DNA of 62,586 nt, counting the filler, from Nemertoderma westbladi (lineage: Eukaryota > Animalia > Xenacoelomorpha), in NCBI GenBank assembly GCA_032718475.1. It is 4 parts of 4 records of this genome, joined end to end, with 100 filler letters (N's around TTAATTAATTAA, not from the genome) between each part and the next. Parts side by side here need not be neighbours in the genome. Positions count along the whole stretch, not along the records: positions 20,105 to 35,714 come from JAUCBJ010006113.1; positions 35,815 to 54,205 come from JAUCBJ010002112.1; 2 more parts are not named here. One strand, 5' to 3'. Positions 24,464-36,954 of this stretch are shown here, one piece after another; the first letter of the stretch is position 1; every line of letters starts with the position of its first letter. A program made the position numbers and the translations under genes. Under the pieces are notes generated by a model, which was given only the letters and a program-made list of their open reading frames with translations, was not told the DNA's origin and searched no databases.

Positions 24464-24540
24464 TGATACCGTACTGGTATACAGGTATATCATTTAATGA
24501 TCTCCAATCAGTCAGTACCGGTATATGATACCCGATAACA
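24464..24540 (-). repeat. 5' LTR (77 bp)
   Basis: Exact match to 20800-20876. Confidence 0.95.
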
Positions 24541-24683
24541 CATACCTAGACTTTACCATCCGTCTTTACGTAGATACCTAGACTTACCATCAGTCTGTAC
24601 TTTCATAACTAGGCCCTAAATACCTATCATCATTATTACTTACCAATAATTACTATCCGTTTGTAATTACTATATTATTTTAG

Positions 24684-24910
24684 CTTTATCAACGACACAG
24701 AAGATACAGAATACGAAGTGAATATAAACGAACCTCCACAGGTAACCAACATTCCGTGTTGTCCCATCCACCTTCAGTTCCAAAACGTAATAACAGTGAA
24801 TCAACCCTATGTAAGTTAAACTTTTGTTTTATTCTATAATATTACCTGTATTTTAGATGTGCGAGTTCAATAGATTTTATGAGGAATATAATCAATGTTT
24901 AGTCTTCAAG
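24684..24910 (+). CDS. Two candidate micro-exons (24684-24741, 24857-24910) of an unidentified gene
   Basis: TTTTAG acceptors, AG|GTAA donors and compatible phase. They read FINDTEDTEYEVNINEPPQ|MCEFNRFYEEYNQCLVFK. No family recognised. Confidence 0.3.
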
Positions 24911-25574
24911 GTAATCGAATCATGTCGAGAAGAGGACCTCTGCACCGTGCACAGTAGGCCTACTATTAGAAGGAAGACTGAGTGTATATAGTACTGCAAA
25001 ACAATAAGAAGTTGGTCAGTTTGGAGGGGGCCGCGCCGTGATGGATGCATTGAAGCACAGAGTTCCTATACTTCTTCCTCATAGGATGTAGGACTTATGA
25101 ATTACAGAAGGACTTTATTGAACTTACCAATAGGACAAAATGACCACTTGGGTCTGTGTGGGGGGGGGGGGGGGGGGGTATACAGTTTCTCAGGTTTCTT
25201 CTGAAACGTACATTTACCAGAATATTAATTGACATTGTTCTGGTTCCTGCTATACACCCAATGCATATTTCAGCTGAGGGGCTATTAAGTGGATTAGTAA
25301 CTAATCCACATATGCAAAATCTTATGTTAATCAAGTTAATCAAGTTATTGGTATTATTACCAATCTATTTGGCCTATATGGGAGAATTTTGTCCTAGGAC
25401 AAAACAACACGTGTTGTTTTTGAAATTCTTTCAGTTTGTTGATACCCTGTTGAGGTAGAGTACCGGTACAGAGCAGACAGCTACCGTTGTAGAACACTAC
25501 CGTACTGAAATACACTCTAAACACCAACTGCTATATAGTGGTTTAGTTTGACAGTCATTCTCTAACATTCAGAC

Positions 25575-25626
25575 AGTTTGCGCCTTAGCGTACTTCTATT
25601 GTTGTAAATTTGGCGCTATACAAATG

Positions 25627-25709
<83 letters not shown>
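25575..25709 (+). repeat. L2/SINE-type 3' tail with (ATT)n microsatellite (25628-25709)
   Basis: GCGCCTTAG...GGCGCTATACAAATGC followed by ~27 ATT units. Confidence 0.7.
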
Positions 25710-25710
<1 letters not shown>

Positions 25711-28059
25711 AGTTCAAAGCTATTCAGTATAGCTACTGTACCTATCGCTGCTCTATTTGTAGATGTACTGAGGTAGGCCTAATACTAAATAATATAGTAA
25801 TAAAGCCTACCGGTGTGGTACAGGTTTTTGAGCTGTTGAGTTTGATGACAGAAAATACTATATTTGCAGTACTATCTCAGATAGTGTTCTCGGACGAGGC
25901 AGGGAACGGGTCTGGACGGAAAGCCCATCTTGCCTCCTCGAATTAATATTTCGCCTCGGCGATTTATCAATGTTAATTATCAATTAATGGAAAGGAGCAG
26001 GTAACAGTTGCACGTTATTGTAATCAAAACAATAAAACGAAATCAATAACGCATCTTATAATAAATATTTTTGCGAGTGAGCGTTCTTTGCATCGAAATT
26101 CCCCTGGAGATGAATATATTTAGTGTGTGACGAAAGTGCCTGATCTGTCTCTGAATGGGTGGGGTATTACTCTTAGCAATGGCAGTAATTTGTACGAAGG
26201 AACTTTCCTATAGCTAAACCAGAAAACAGATAGGGGGAAAACTGGACGCAAATCCCATCTTGGCGAATTAATAACCTACCTTCATATTAAATTCTCAATT
26301 TAGGGAAAAGAGCGGGTTACAGTGGCACGTTATTCTAATTTAGTCAGTTCAGGTATTCTAGGTCATCGATCAAGAAACCTCCATGCAGCAAAAGCACCCT
26401 TCCCCAGTGTTGAGGTACGACTGAATACCCCCCCTCGGATAATATTATGTTATCGTGAAACATTTTACTATTACGTCTACAGGATATCCCAATTTTACCC
26501 CAGAAATAAAAAAATAAATTTGGATAACCCCAGATTGTTTCATTGCAAAAAACAGTAGGATATCTTAAATAAAACTAATTGCAAAATGGGGTATCCCCTA
26601 ATTAAACACCTTAATTAACACTGATTGCCATAAATATTTGTAATTAGTTACCAGATTCGATGGAAGAAATGAATTTACAGTTATTACCAATTCTCTATAT
26701 TAGTTTTTAAGTTGATATTATATCATTTAAGGAGTTCGGACGGAGTGAGGGTAGGGAGATCAAATGTCATACTAATTTGGTAACCCGTTCCTAAATTGCC
26801 AAATGGGGTGTCGTTTCAGTCTTCCCATAGGGTTAATGTTAAATTAATATTGAAAACTTAGTGCCTAGATGTAAAAATTGTACTGTAAATTGTGCTCCAA
26901 AATTTAGTTTATTGTTTTGGTTAGAAAAGCCTGCCATTATGACTTGCTACTTTCCTTTAAAATGTACCTTGCTTAAATGGTGAACTCATATCGACATTAA
27001 ATATTCGCGAAATTAAGTTAATAATATGTTAAAATAGGCTGAAACGACACCACAATATGCAAACCGGGCTCCAGGTCATTTGTTACGGATTATTTAGAAA
27101 AACCCTGGTCTTTGACTCAGCGAATAAGCCACACTTGGAATTGTCCATAAACGCTATTTAAACCTTTGAACGGTAGTTTGTTTTTTCAGTGATACAGTTA
27201 GTATAATTCAGATGGTTAGGTCAGGATATTAACTCAATCAGATACTCTAGACAGGAAAAAAAGATGACGCCGTATTCACAAATTCTGTTTACTAACTTAT
27301 TTCAACAATACAACAGAGAAACCACAGATGAATCAACAGAGCGAACCAATGAGAGTCAAATAAGAGACAACTGTTGAGTCAACCGAAAGAATATGTATGA
27401 GTATTGTCAGGACTCATTATCCTGAATAATAATGAATATGTGATACAATGCCCTCAGATACGGTCAAATTCTTACTGTTTATAGCGATGTAATTAAGCTC
27501 AATCTCCTGGTAAAATATAAGACGGGTATTGCCGATAAAATAGGAATCGTGTTGATCAAGTTTTTCGATTTGTAAATGTACAGTATGTGGTAGTCAGTTA
27601 CTGTAACTCTTGGTAACCGTAATTGGGTCCACGGCCCAAAGTAAGTCTTGTTTCGTTCGTCACCTCCAATAATATCGCATTCGTACAAAGTTAGTTTCTA
27701 AATTAGTTTTTTTCGTCTCCTGAACATTTCGTCGCTAAAACCATTTTGTTTTTTATCGAGATATAATCTTCAATAAAATTATTTAATAAAAGTCAAAACG
27801 TTATGACAATAAAGATGGAATTGTCAATAAAATTTATGCCCTGGCTATACTGTAAGCTTGGATTCTGACTAGTAAGGAAAATATTTAAAAATAATATTTG
27901 AAAAATTACTCTCGTATCACAAAAATTTAACAAAATACGAAATGAACAAAGTCACCGGATGGTCAGCTAGACATAGCCAATGTTATCCATTGATGAATCA
28001 GATCAATGAATCATTGATGATTCACTAATCATCGTTAAAATGTGATGTATATTAATGCT

Positions 28060-28975
28060 AAATTAACGTTAATAATGAACGTTAAAAATTAACGTTAAAT
28101 CAACGTTAAAAAATTTGTGAATGTCAGATCTCTGTTGATTTTTAACGTATAATTACAATAAAAAATTAACGTTAAAAATTAACATTAAAGTAACGTTAAA
28201 AAATATGGTATTGTCAGATATTTGTCTATTTTTGACGTATAATTACTGTAAAAAATTAACGTTAAAAATTGACAGAATTCTAACGTATTTAACGTAGGTT
28301 TATGGTTAAATTCTAACTGTCATTTTTTAACGAATGTCTAACATAAACCCAACGTTAGATTAACGTTGGTGGTTTGCAGGGTATTCACACCAAAATAAAT
28401 GACAAAACCCCCAAAATAATACAAATTTTCCCCAAATAAATACATTTTCCCCCAGAATAAATACATAATCCCCCAAATAAATACATTTTCCCCCAGAATA
28501 AATACATAATCCCCCAAAATAAATACATATTCCCCCAAAATAATTAAATATTGTACCAAAATAAACCGACAATATTTAGTTACTCTCAGTTACTGACTAT
28601 TGGTACGAGGATCGTCGGTATAATATGATGAAACATTTTGTTTGATTTCTGGAAATAAATAATGAAGGAATTTGTACTGTATAAATAAATTTTCCATAAA
28701 ATATTTGATGCTGGAAGAATTGTTCTTGGTTGACAAGTAATTATTTTAGGGAGATTGAATAATTGTACAGTATTTGGGGTATGAAAATTATTGTTTTTGG
28801 GGGAATCAATAATTTTTTTGGGGGGTGTAGGGCCTATAAATTGTTTTGGGGGATGAATTATTGTTTTTGGTGAGAGAGATATTCAAAGTGGGATGTAAAT
28901 TGGTGCTACAAAAAATATATTTCGTACTAAATATTAATTTATTTTGGTGTCAAATCATCTAATTTGGGGTGGCGT
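28060..28975. repeat. Degenerate foldback/MITE remains: AACGTTAAAAATT repeats, then CCCCAAATAAATAC repeats with inverted counterparts
   Basis: Direct repeats at 28060-28370 and 28400-28565; complementary TTTTGGGG motifs at 28740-28975. Confidence 0.55.
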
Positions 28976-30759
28976 TCTATTAGTGGCGGTAATAATATAT
29001 CCTTTTCAACAGGTTTGTTCTACCGGTATTCACAGTAATTTACTACAAAATCCATATATATAAGGTTAATTTGTTCAAATCCATGTGGTTTATATTTATT
29101 ATATATATTTGAACCTCATCAGAAGGTTTGGTTTAAATAATCAATAATAATAATGAAACATAAATTCTGATGACATACCTGGAATGTATAGGTTTTATGT
29201 ATGAAGTATATTATACCGAATAATATTAGATGTAACGGAAATTATCGCTTCATTGGTCACAATTCATTTCATTAAAAATAACATTTTTTTAAATATCGGT
29301 TTTGATAATGTTGACTGCAACTAAACAAATAGTTAGTGAATATTCGCGAATTTCCAACAAAATATCACTCCACTGCACTGCAATGGGTAATTTTGCGTAA
29401 AGTTATAAAAGTAACAATTATCAAAAAGAACTGAGTGTCAAAAACAACGCAAATATAAAGTACACCAATAAATGTGTTTTTAATACTCTAAAACATTACA
29501 TGTGATTGTAGTCAGCTTTCAACTTTCAAGTAAAATACAATTAGAATATTTATGGCTGGGGTTTTTAACCGTGACATATAGTTAGTTGTTTAAAAGTTGA
29601 ATGTTGACAGTTGAAACCTCATGTATCACAAGGGGTATGTTATACGGCTGCGAACCGAAAAAAAATGAAATGAAAGAAAAAAAATATACTAAATTAAATT
29701 AATAGCTAATAATTTAATAATAAAATAACAATTTTGGTTATAACCGTAAGAAGTTAATTAAGAATATTCATGAACTAATGATACTTAAGGTATGATAAAT
29801 AATACCGACTCCTATGCTGATAAATACTGTACTAAATGGTAGTTATAGTGCATTCGAGTTTGACAAAGTTCCAAACATTGTAATTACAGGGGAAAGTGCA
29901 GTACCGGTAGCCTGTATCACATATCACAAGTAAACCCTGGGTTTGTATATGCACGCACAGTACTTAGGTACTTCAGACATTGATTGGCCGGCCTAATCAC
30001 TTGTGTTTGTATTATTTGATATCATATTCTACACAATTATCACGAAAATAACTTAACTTAACTTTCGGCTTGCTTGCTTGTAGACTCTCTCTGTAAAGTA
30101 GCCGGACACAGTAATATTACGGCACCAGCATAAATGTCCAAATGTTATGGTACAGGTCTACTGTACTACAAACTTCTCTATAAAACAGTTAATAAATGAG
30201 AAAATGACTGACAATTTATAATATAAAACTCGAAATTAAAAACAAATTAAACAATAATTAAACCATTACAGTACTGCTTTAGGTTGACAGAAATTTGGTC
30301 ATTGTGTTTGTCTTTATTATACAAACATGATTATCTAATAAAATTAATCCTACCAGTGCAAGTGTAGGGTGTACATTACTGTAAAAATAGCAAATAATAG
30401 CCCCACAACTAATCTCATGGCTGGCTGCTCTTTCAAGTCAATGTATTTAACAATAATTTGCATAGTAAATCGTGTGTTGTCGTTGTCAAACAAAGTTAAG
30501 CAGAATATTATTATGTAAATATACGGGCAATACATCCCGTATCGTAGTAAAGGCTACTTACTCTACTATACAAGAGTTAGTAACCAATAGTCATTCTCGG
30601 TTAAGGAACAGGGCACATCTGTCACTATGCATAATATTAATAACTACTCTTATCTGGCTGTCGCCATGCTGCATTGCAGCTGTGTTATAATTATATATAT
30701 ATATATATATATTATTATATACATACATGCATATATAAAATGAAGAATGATATGCCGCT

Positions 30760-32240
30760 TTGTCGACAAAATTTAGCCCCACCTAACTTTCTATTACCCT
30801 TCATTTCACTAGATCATCTGCAAGGCCAGTGTTTTTTAAGATGCGTCCCAAAGATAAGTCATGGGCTGTCCACCACGCTTATTCTCTCCATGAAACGCTA
30901 AAGCACAAGATTGCCCATTGGCATGTCAAAACGGCGGAAGCAATGTCCTGTTAAGCGGAGGCGGCTCCGTTCAAGTATCAAGCCAGGGGAGACTAGTGAA
31001 ACACCTCCAAGGTTCTATAGTCGGAGAGGAGATGTGTTCATTGTATTTGACAGAATGAACCCGGCGTAGCATTTTTGTATAAGTCCCACCCTATGATTTT
31101 TAAATGTAACGACATACTGACTAACAGGGGGTTGTTATGTATATAGTAACTTAAAGGAATTAATTAAAGGATTAACTTAAAAAAACTTTGATGGCCATAG
31201 CGTTGAATTAATTTAGGCTTAATGTCCTTATTCTATACTTTTTTGTAGTTTTATATGAGGTGTAAGACTCTTGTGTTTACCTATACGTTAATTTCCTATG
31301 ATTTGGTGTTCTCAGCAGTTAGAGCCCAGCATAGACTCTCTAGTATAGACTGGTTCTACTGCTGTCCTAACTAATCGAACCTTTAGATTCCGTTTTATTC
31401 TATTGGACTTCCAAATCCTGGACAGACCATTCAATGCTGCCCATGCCTTCCTACCTGACTTCCGGATCCATGATTTCAAGTAGCAGAAGTCATCCACATG
31501 CTAATGCTTTTACGATCAGATATTTACTTAGGGCACTGTTCTGTTCAGTGTTCACTGTCGAAATGTTGGTCGTCTTGGAGTTGTCAAAAAGAAACTAGAA
31601 GCAGCCTGCATCATTGAGTAGAGCAGCCTTTGTGCTCCCTCTAGTGATTCTGACTGTACTAAAAAAAATATTTTCTTAAACAATTAATTATTTTAGTAGA
31701 ATGGTGGGTGGATATGGGGAATCCACCTATGCCAATTGTATATACTGTAATTTTAAATAAATATTGCCCTACATTAATTGTAGTCAATTTATTTTAAGTT
31801 AAACGCTCTACCAAGTGAGCAAAAGCAAATTGGAAATACACAAAACAACACCAAGAACAAACAGAGTTGCTACTAAAGGTTGCTACGCGTACCTAAAAAT
31901 TAAAGCATATATTATTAGGTGAAAACAAATGAGAAAACCACCGTGGATTACAAAAGAAAAAGTATCTATATATAATCGGCTGCTGCTGCTGCATTGCAGC
32001 TGCACATTGAGATGCTATGCTGTCTTAACAAAATAAATTTGTGCCACCACAATGCTGTGATGCAGCCGCGCATTAATTGAGAATGCTATGCCGACTTGTC
32101 GACAAAATTTCGCCGCCACAACTCCATATCCCCCATGACTTTGCGAGATTATCCGCATCTTCAAGGTCAGTGTCATTAAGTGGCGTCTTAAGAAAGTTAT
32201 GGTGTGTCCAGTCCACCATGCTTATTTTCTCCATGAAGCT
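30760..32240 (-). mobile_element. RTE-like LINE 3' fragments (30760-30990, 31310-31630, 32080-32240); same family at 52385-52577
   Basis: VDDFCYL..KAWAALNGLSRIWKS..LKVRLVRTAVEPV. Reverse-complement similarity to 35815-36590. Confidence 0.7.
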
Positions 32241-32419
32241 ATCGAGACGTGAAAAATTTGAATTATATTGATAATATCGCATAATATGTTAAAAAGATAT
32301 CGCAAATAAAAATATCTAGTGTAAAAAATATCGCGAGTAAAAGTAGCTGTTATTTTTGGAATGAAACACTAGCTAGCAATGAAAACTTTTGGAACTAAAA
32401 TAAACAGTGGTTTATTAAA

Positions 32420-33650
32420 AAATGCACTCTTGCCGCATCTAATCTCAATGCAGACCTCACTTCAATATCCAACTGGGGCGCGAGATGGTTAGTCCAATTC
32501 AACTCCTCGAATGCTGTATGCTCTTCTAATATCGCAGGTCTAGCGATCCTAATCATCTTCCTCTGTTTCTCAGTGTTATCATGATCCCCGAAGTTGAAGA
32601 GCACAAATACACTGGTCTTATTTTTTCATCCTACCTAAAACTCACACTCACACGCACACCCCCACTCACACGCACTCACAGGTTGAAAAAATGCTAAAGT
32701 CCACCAATAATAAGTTAAATATGTTACGAATCGTTAAATACAATTTTGGGAGGGATGCACTCATGAACATTTACAAATCTTTTTTCCGCTCATGTCTGGA
32801 ATACGCCAGTTCCGTTTGGGACAACTCCCGCAACTCCACGAACGTTCGCCCTCCTACGGCCCGTAGGAACTTCTGTAGAGATTTGTTCCTGCCTACTGTT
32901 AGATTGAGGAACACCCTTCCAATCGATTTGCGTTCTGCAGGCACATTATAAATTTTCAGGAAAGGTGTATTGCCAGTAATATATCCCTCCTTTCCTGTTA
33001 ACTATTCCATTATTATACCCTGGGATTAACATCAATTAACGGCCTATTAGCGCGACCCAGATGTACTGTAATTGCTCGTCACCGAATTTTGATATTTTCT
33101 CTAATCATGTTAAAACAGTAAATACGTGTTCCTGTGGTCATCAGAAAGACAACACATTCCTCTACTTCATGGAATGCTCCCGTTTTCACTCTCTTCATGT
33201 TGTCTTGCACGCGGCTATTCAAATTTAGGACTGAGGCCAACATTATCTAAAATTTTATATGGTCCTCCAACAGTGTTAATCACCCATCCTCCATACCATA
33301 ACTATGCAGCACAGCAAGGCACGCGATCTTATCGCCCTAATCTTCACAGCCATTGTTCCATTCGTTCGCATCTTTACCAACAGGACAAAATTAAATCTAG
33401 AACAGTAATTCCACACTGATCAATTTACTAAAACCTAGATGAACTCAAATAAACTTTGGTGTTATCGACCAATGTGACAACAATGTAAAAATATTGACAA
33501 CTCCAATTTTGTTATACCTGTGTATAAGATCTTCCACCATGAACGTAAAGACGGCGGCGTTCTTTTATATGTACCAGTAAATTTACCCAGCATGTTGCTT
33601 GACGATATTAAAGACACCAACTATAAGCTAGAAACAATCTGGGTTAAGTT
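32420..33650 (+). mobile_element. CR1/L2-group LINE remnants
   Basis: DLTSISNW..WLVQFN, IYKSFFRSCLEYASSVWD, and an APE-like piece RKDGGVLLYV..LETIWVKL. Confidence 0.65.
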
Positions 33651-34235
33651 GATGACTTTCTTATTAAACTCCAAGTTCGAAACAAGTTATCGAAGATTTA
33701 GGACAGGAAATTTATAACGCACTTCGACTTGAATATTAACCTTATTAATATTAATCTAATTTTAATTTTAAAATTTTAATACAAATTGCATGTGTTATTT
33801 TGTGAATTTTCGGACAACGAATACACTCAGCGCAAAATCAATAATCCAATTAAACCAGAACATTAAAAAAATCATAAAGAAAAAATCATAAAGAAAATAT
33901 CATAAAGAAAATATCATAAAGAAAATATCATAAAGAAAATATCGAGCTTGAAATATAACAGCAAAATATATTGTGACCCGATAAGTAAGATATTTCATGA
34001 AGTTTTTATTGACTTGGGCCAATTCGCAGGGGTTAATAACCCAATACAAATAACAAGTAATTCGAATATAAAGATACAATTGGCCATCCCGAATTTTCAT
34101 TCTCCTGGGTCGCGTTTCATCGATTGATGTGTTTGAAGCACTAATTATCACGCAATTAAACCACAGAGGGCATCAATAATAACGCCCTTAACGATTCAAT
34201 TACCAAATCTACTTTTACCGACCGTTTAAAAATAT

Positions 34236-34522
34236 CCGATGTAACACCGATGTACCACCGATGAAACACCGATGTACCACCAATGTAACACCGATGTACC
34301 ACCGATGTAACACCGATGTACCACCGATGTAACACCGATGTACCACCGATGTACCACCGATGTACCACCGATGTAACACCGATGTACCACCGATGTAACA
34401 CCGATGTACCACCGATGTAACACCGATGTACCACCGATGTAACACCGATGTACCACCGATGTACCACCGATGTACCACCGATGTACCACCGATGTCCACA
34501 GATGTACCACCGATATACCACC
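34236..34522. repeat. 11-bp minisatellite CACCGATGTA(A/C), ~26 copies
   Basis: Direct reading. Smaller arrays nearby: 33868-33945 (AAAATATCATAAAG) and 34601-34700 (33-bp period). Confidence 0.95.
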
Positions 34523-35189
34523 AGTTTACAGAGGTGCCGACAACGATCCCCTAAACTATCGCGAAGATCTATGAAAAAATATTAGTCCATCAAATTGAAC
34601 TTTATTACCGGCACAAAATACTAATTCCTTTCCTTTATTACCGGCACGAAATACTAACTCCTTTCCTTTATTACCGGCACGAAATACTAACTCCTTTCCA
34701 ATTCGGTTCAACATCTGATGATATCACATGCGTTGGTGAAAATTGTCACCAAGTCAACAATCGTCCACGTGGGAATATAATTCCTCGACCTCAGTACAGA
34801 CTTTAACGCGTGTGCGTGTTCTATTATAAAAAATTACCCCTCTGACAGATTTCAAAGAGTTACATCGGCACATGGTATTTTACCCCTCACAAGAGAGAAG
34901 AGCGCCGCCCCACATAAACGGAACCCTTCTTTCTCTTTACACCAATGCAATTCCAGATTCCATTCCCAAACATTATGTTAGCCTACAGTAATTCATTATG
35001 TCTATGATACTGCTAGAGGCGTAGCGAGCCCTTCTGGCGCCCAGGGGAATGAAACTGAGATAGACCCCCCCCTTCATTAATTTTAACTTTTCATTTATGA
35101 CGTTTTTTTTCTTAAATATTATATATCTAACAGTAAATAACTGGTGTAACGTAAATGGTATGTAAGTTAATTTAATAAAAACAAAGATA

Positions 35190-35510
35190 GCGATATGGTA
35201 AACATGATAAATTTAAATATGGAAATGAAGAAATTAAATTAGTAAACAATTACGATTACCTCGGAGTTACCCTTCAGACATCTTTATCATTCACTACCCA
35301 CATAAAGCTAAAGAAAATGAAAGCTTTCGGAATTATTGGGTCGTTGCATCATTTGCGTTTAATTTAAAAATATAATTTAATTATTTTAATTATAATTAAA
35401 AAAAATAATTTAAAAGAAATTGATAAAATTGAATCCGTCTTTGTTAAATCTATGCTCGCGCTCCATAAATCTGCTTCTTCTACAATGGCTCTAAAGCTTA
35501 TTGCTCAGGG
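35190..35510 (+). mobile_element. LINE RT-thumb remnant
   Basis: LKYGNEEIKLVNNYDYLGVTLQTSLSFTTHIK motif. Confidence 0.55.
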
Positions 35511-35714
35511 AACTTTCATCCAGTCAATTCTGGAACAAAACCCCAACACTTTCAAACGCGATGTAATATTAGCCCATAGGACTCACCGTACGGACTAATT
35601 AACCCAACAGACATGTTGTTACTCGATGCTTATATCTCGCTAAGGCTCCGCCAACTTCGTGGCTCGCCCCACATACTGACATGCAGACTCTTGTACTGTA
35701 CCTACAGTACTGCA

Positions 35715-35814
35715 NNNNNNNNNNNNNNNNNNNNNNNNNNNNNNNNNNNNNNNNNNNNTTAATTAATTAANNNNNNNNNNNNNNNNNNNNNNNNNNNNNN
35801 NNNNNNNNNNNNNN
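35715..35814. other. Assembly gap with artificial linker
   Basis: N44-TTAATTAATTAA-N44. Confidence 0.98.
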
Positions 35815-36590
35815 TAACTGATCTAGGCTTTGCTGATGACTTAGGAGTACTCTCAGAATCACGAGAGGGAGCCCAACAGCTCCTCGGCTCATTAGAACAA
35901 TCTGCTTCTAGTGTTGGTCTTTTTTGTTAACTCCAAAAAGACCAAGATTTTGACAGTTAACTTTGTAAGTCCTCAGCAAATCTCTGATCGGATGAGCATA
36001 AGATCTAAGGATTGGTGTGCTTGAGCATGTGGATGACTTCTGCCAGCTCCTGGGATCATGATCTTCGAATACGCAAGGGAAAGGCATGGGTAGTATTGAA
36101 TAGGCTTTCCAGGATTTGGGAGTCACTTAGAATTCATCGGAAACTTAAGGTCGATTATTTAGAGCAGCAGTAGTTCCAGTACTCCTCTATGGGAGTCCAT
36201 GCTGGGCTCTAACTGCTTAGGACACCAAATCACTGGATGGCACATTCACAAGAATGCAACGTCGGGTTCAGTGTGTCAAGTACAATGCACACATCTCCAA
36301 CCAAACACTATATAACATTGGAGGTGTCTCATTGGTTCCCCCAAGCTTGACACTAGAACAAAATCGCCTCGGCTTTGCAGGACATTGCTTTCGCCGTGAG
36401 GACCAGCCAGTGCACAATCTTGTGCTTTGCGGCCCCATGGAGAAAATAAGCATGGTGGACAGCCCATGACTTTCGTGAGACGCCTCCTAAAGGACACTGA
36501 CCTTGAGATGCGGATAATCTCGCGAAAGTCATGGACGGAGTTGTGGCGGTACAACTTTGTTGATATGCCGGCATAGCATTCTTAACGCAC
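35815..36590 (+). mobile_element. RTE-like LINE, decayed 3' part of RT
   Basis: TDLGFADDLGVLSES..AQQLL, VLLYGSPCW, LDGTFTRM, RLGFAGHCFRR. Confidence 0.8.
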
Positions 36591-36909
36591 GCTGCATTGG
36601 GCTTGTCAATTGTGGATTGTTTGGTGATGACAAAATGCTTTGTTAAGCTGGCACAGGTTACAACTTTTTTTAAGTCAAAAATATAAATTTTGCTTTAAAA
36701 ATGAATTATTTTTTGAAAATATTACAATTCAATATAGTGCACTCAAATTATATCTTACACTTTATCTATTTTTCGCTTTTAGGAGCAGTATGCAATACAT
36801 TTCAAAATGTTGACATCCAGGCCAGTCTCCCCCCCCCCCCCCCCCCTCCCTAAATACACTTAAAATTGCTACGTTTCACAGTCATGTAATTTCTTATATT
36901 ATTCATCAG

Positions 36910-36954
36910 GTACAGCTGTTGGAGAAGAAAAGTCTGATACTCAAAATGAGGAAG
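36910..36954 (+). CDS. Channel gene, candidate 45-bp N-terminal exon
   Basis: TTCATCAG|G..GAAG|GTTAGT, phase 1-1, reads TAVGEEKSDTQNEE. Confidence 0.5.

Larger units (their letters stand above)
20800..24540 (-). mobile_element. Gypsy/Ty3 LTR retrotransposon, Mag-like clade, both ends intact, internally deleted
   Basis: Identical 77-bp LTRs (TGTTAT..GTATCA on -). TSD CATAC (20795-20799, 24541-24545). PBS and PPT present. Domain order gag-PR-RT-RH-INT. Mag-type double knuckle CKFCGTLH..HCLAYGKRCQFCHEENHFAVC. Confidence 0.95.

Noticed and set aside
34156-34521. ORFs with VHRWYIGGTS repeats
   Set aside because: Translation of an 11-bp minisatellite in several frames.
36783-36820. Candidate extra micro-exon before 36910
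   Set aside because: It needs a weak GC donor, and no open frame is phase-compatible with the downstream exons.
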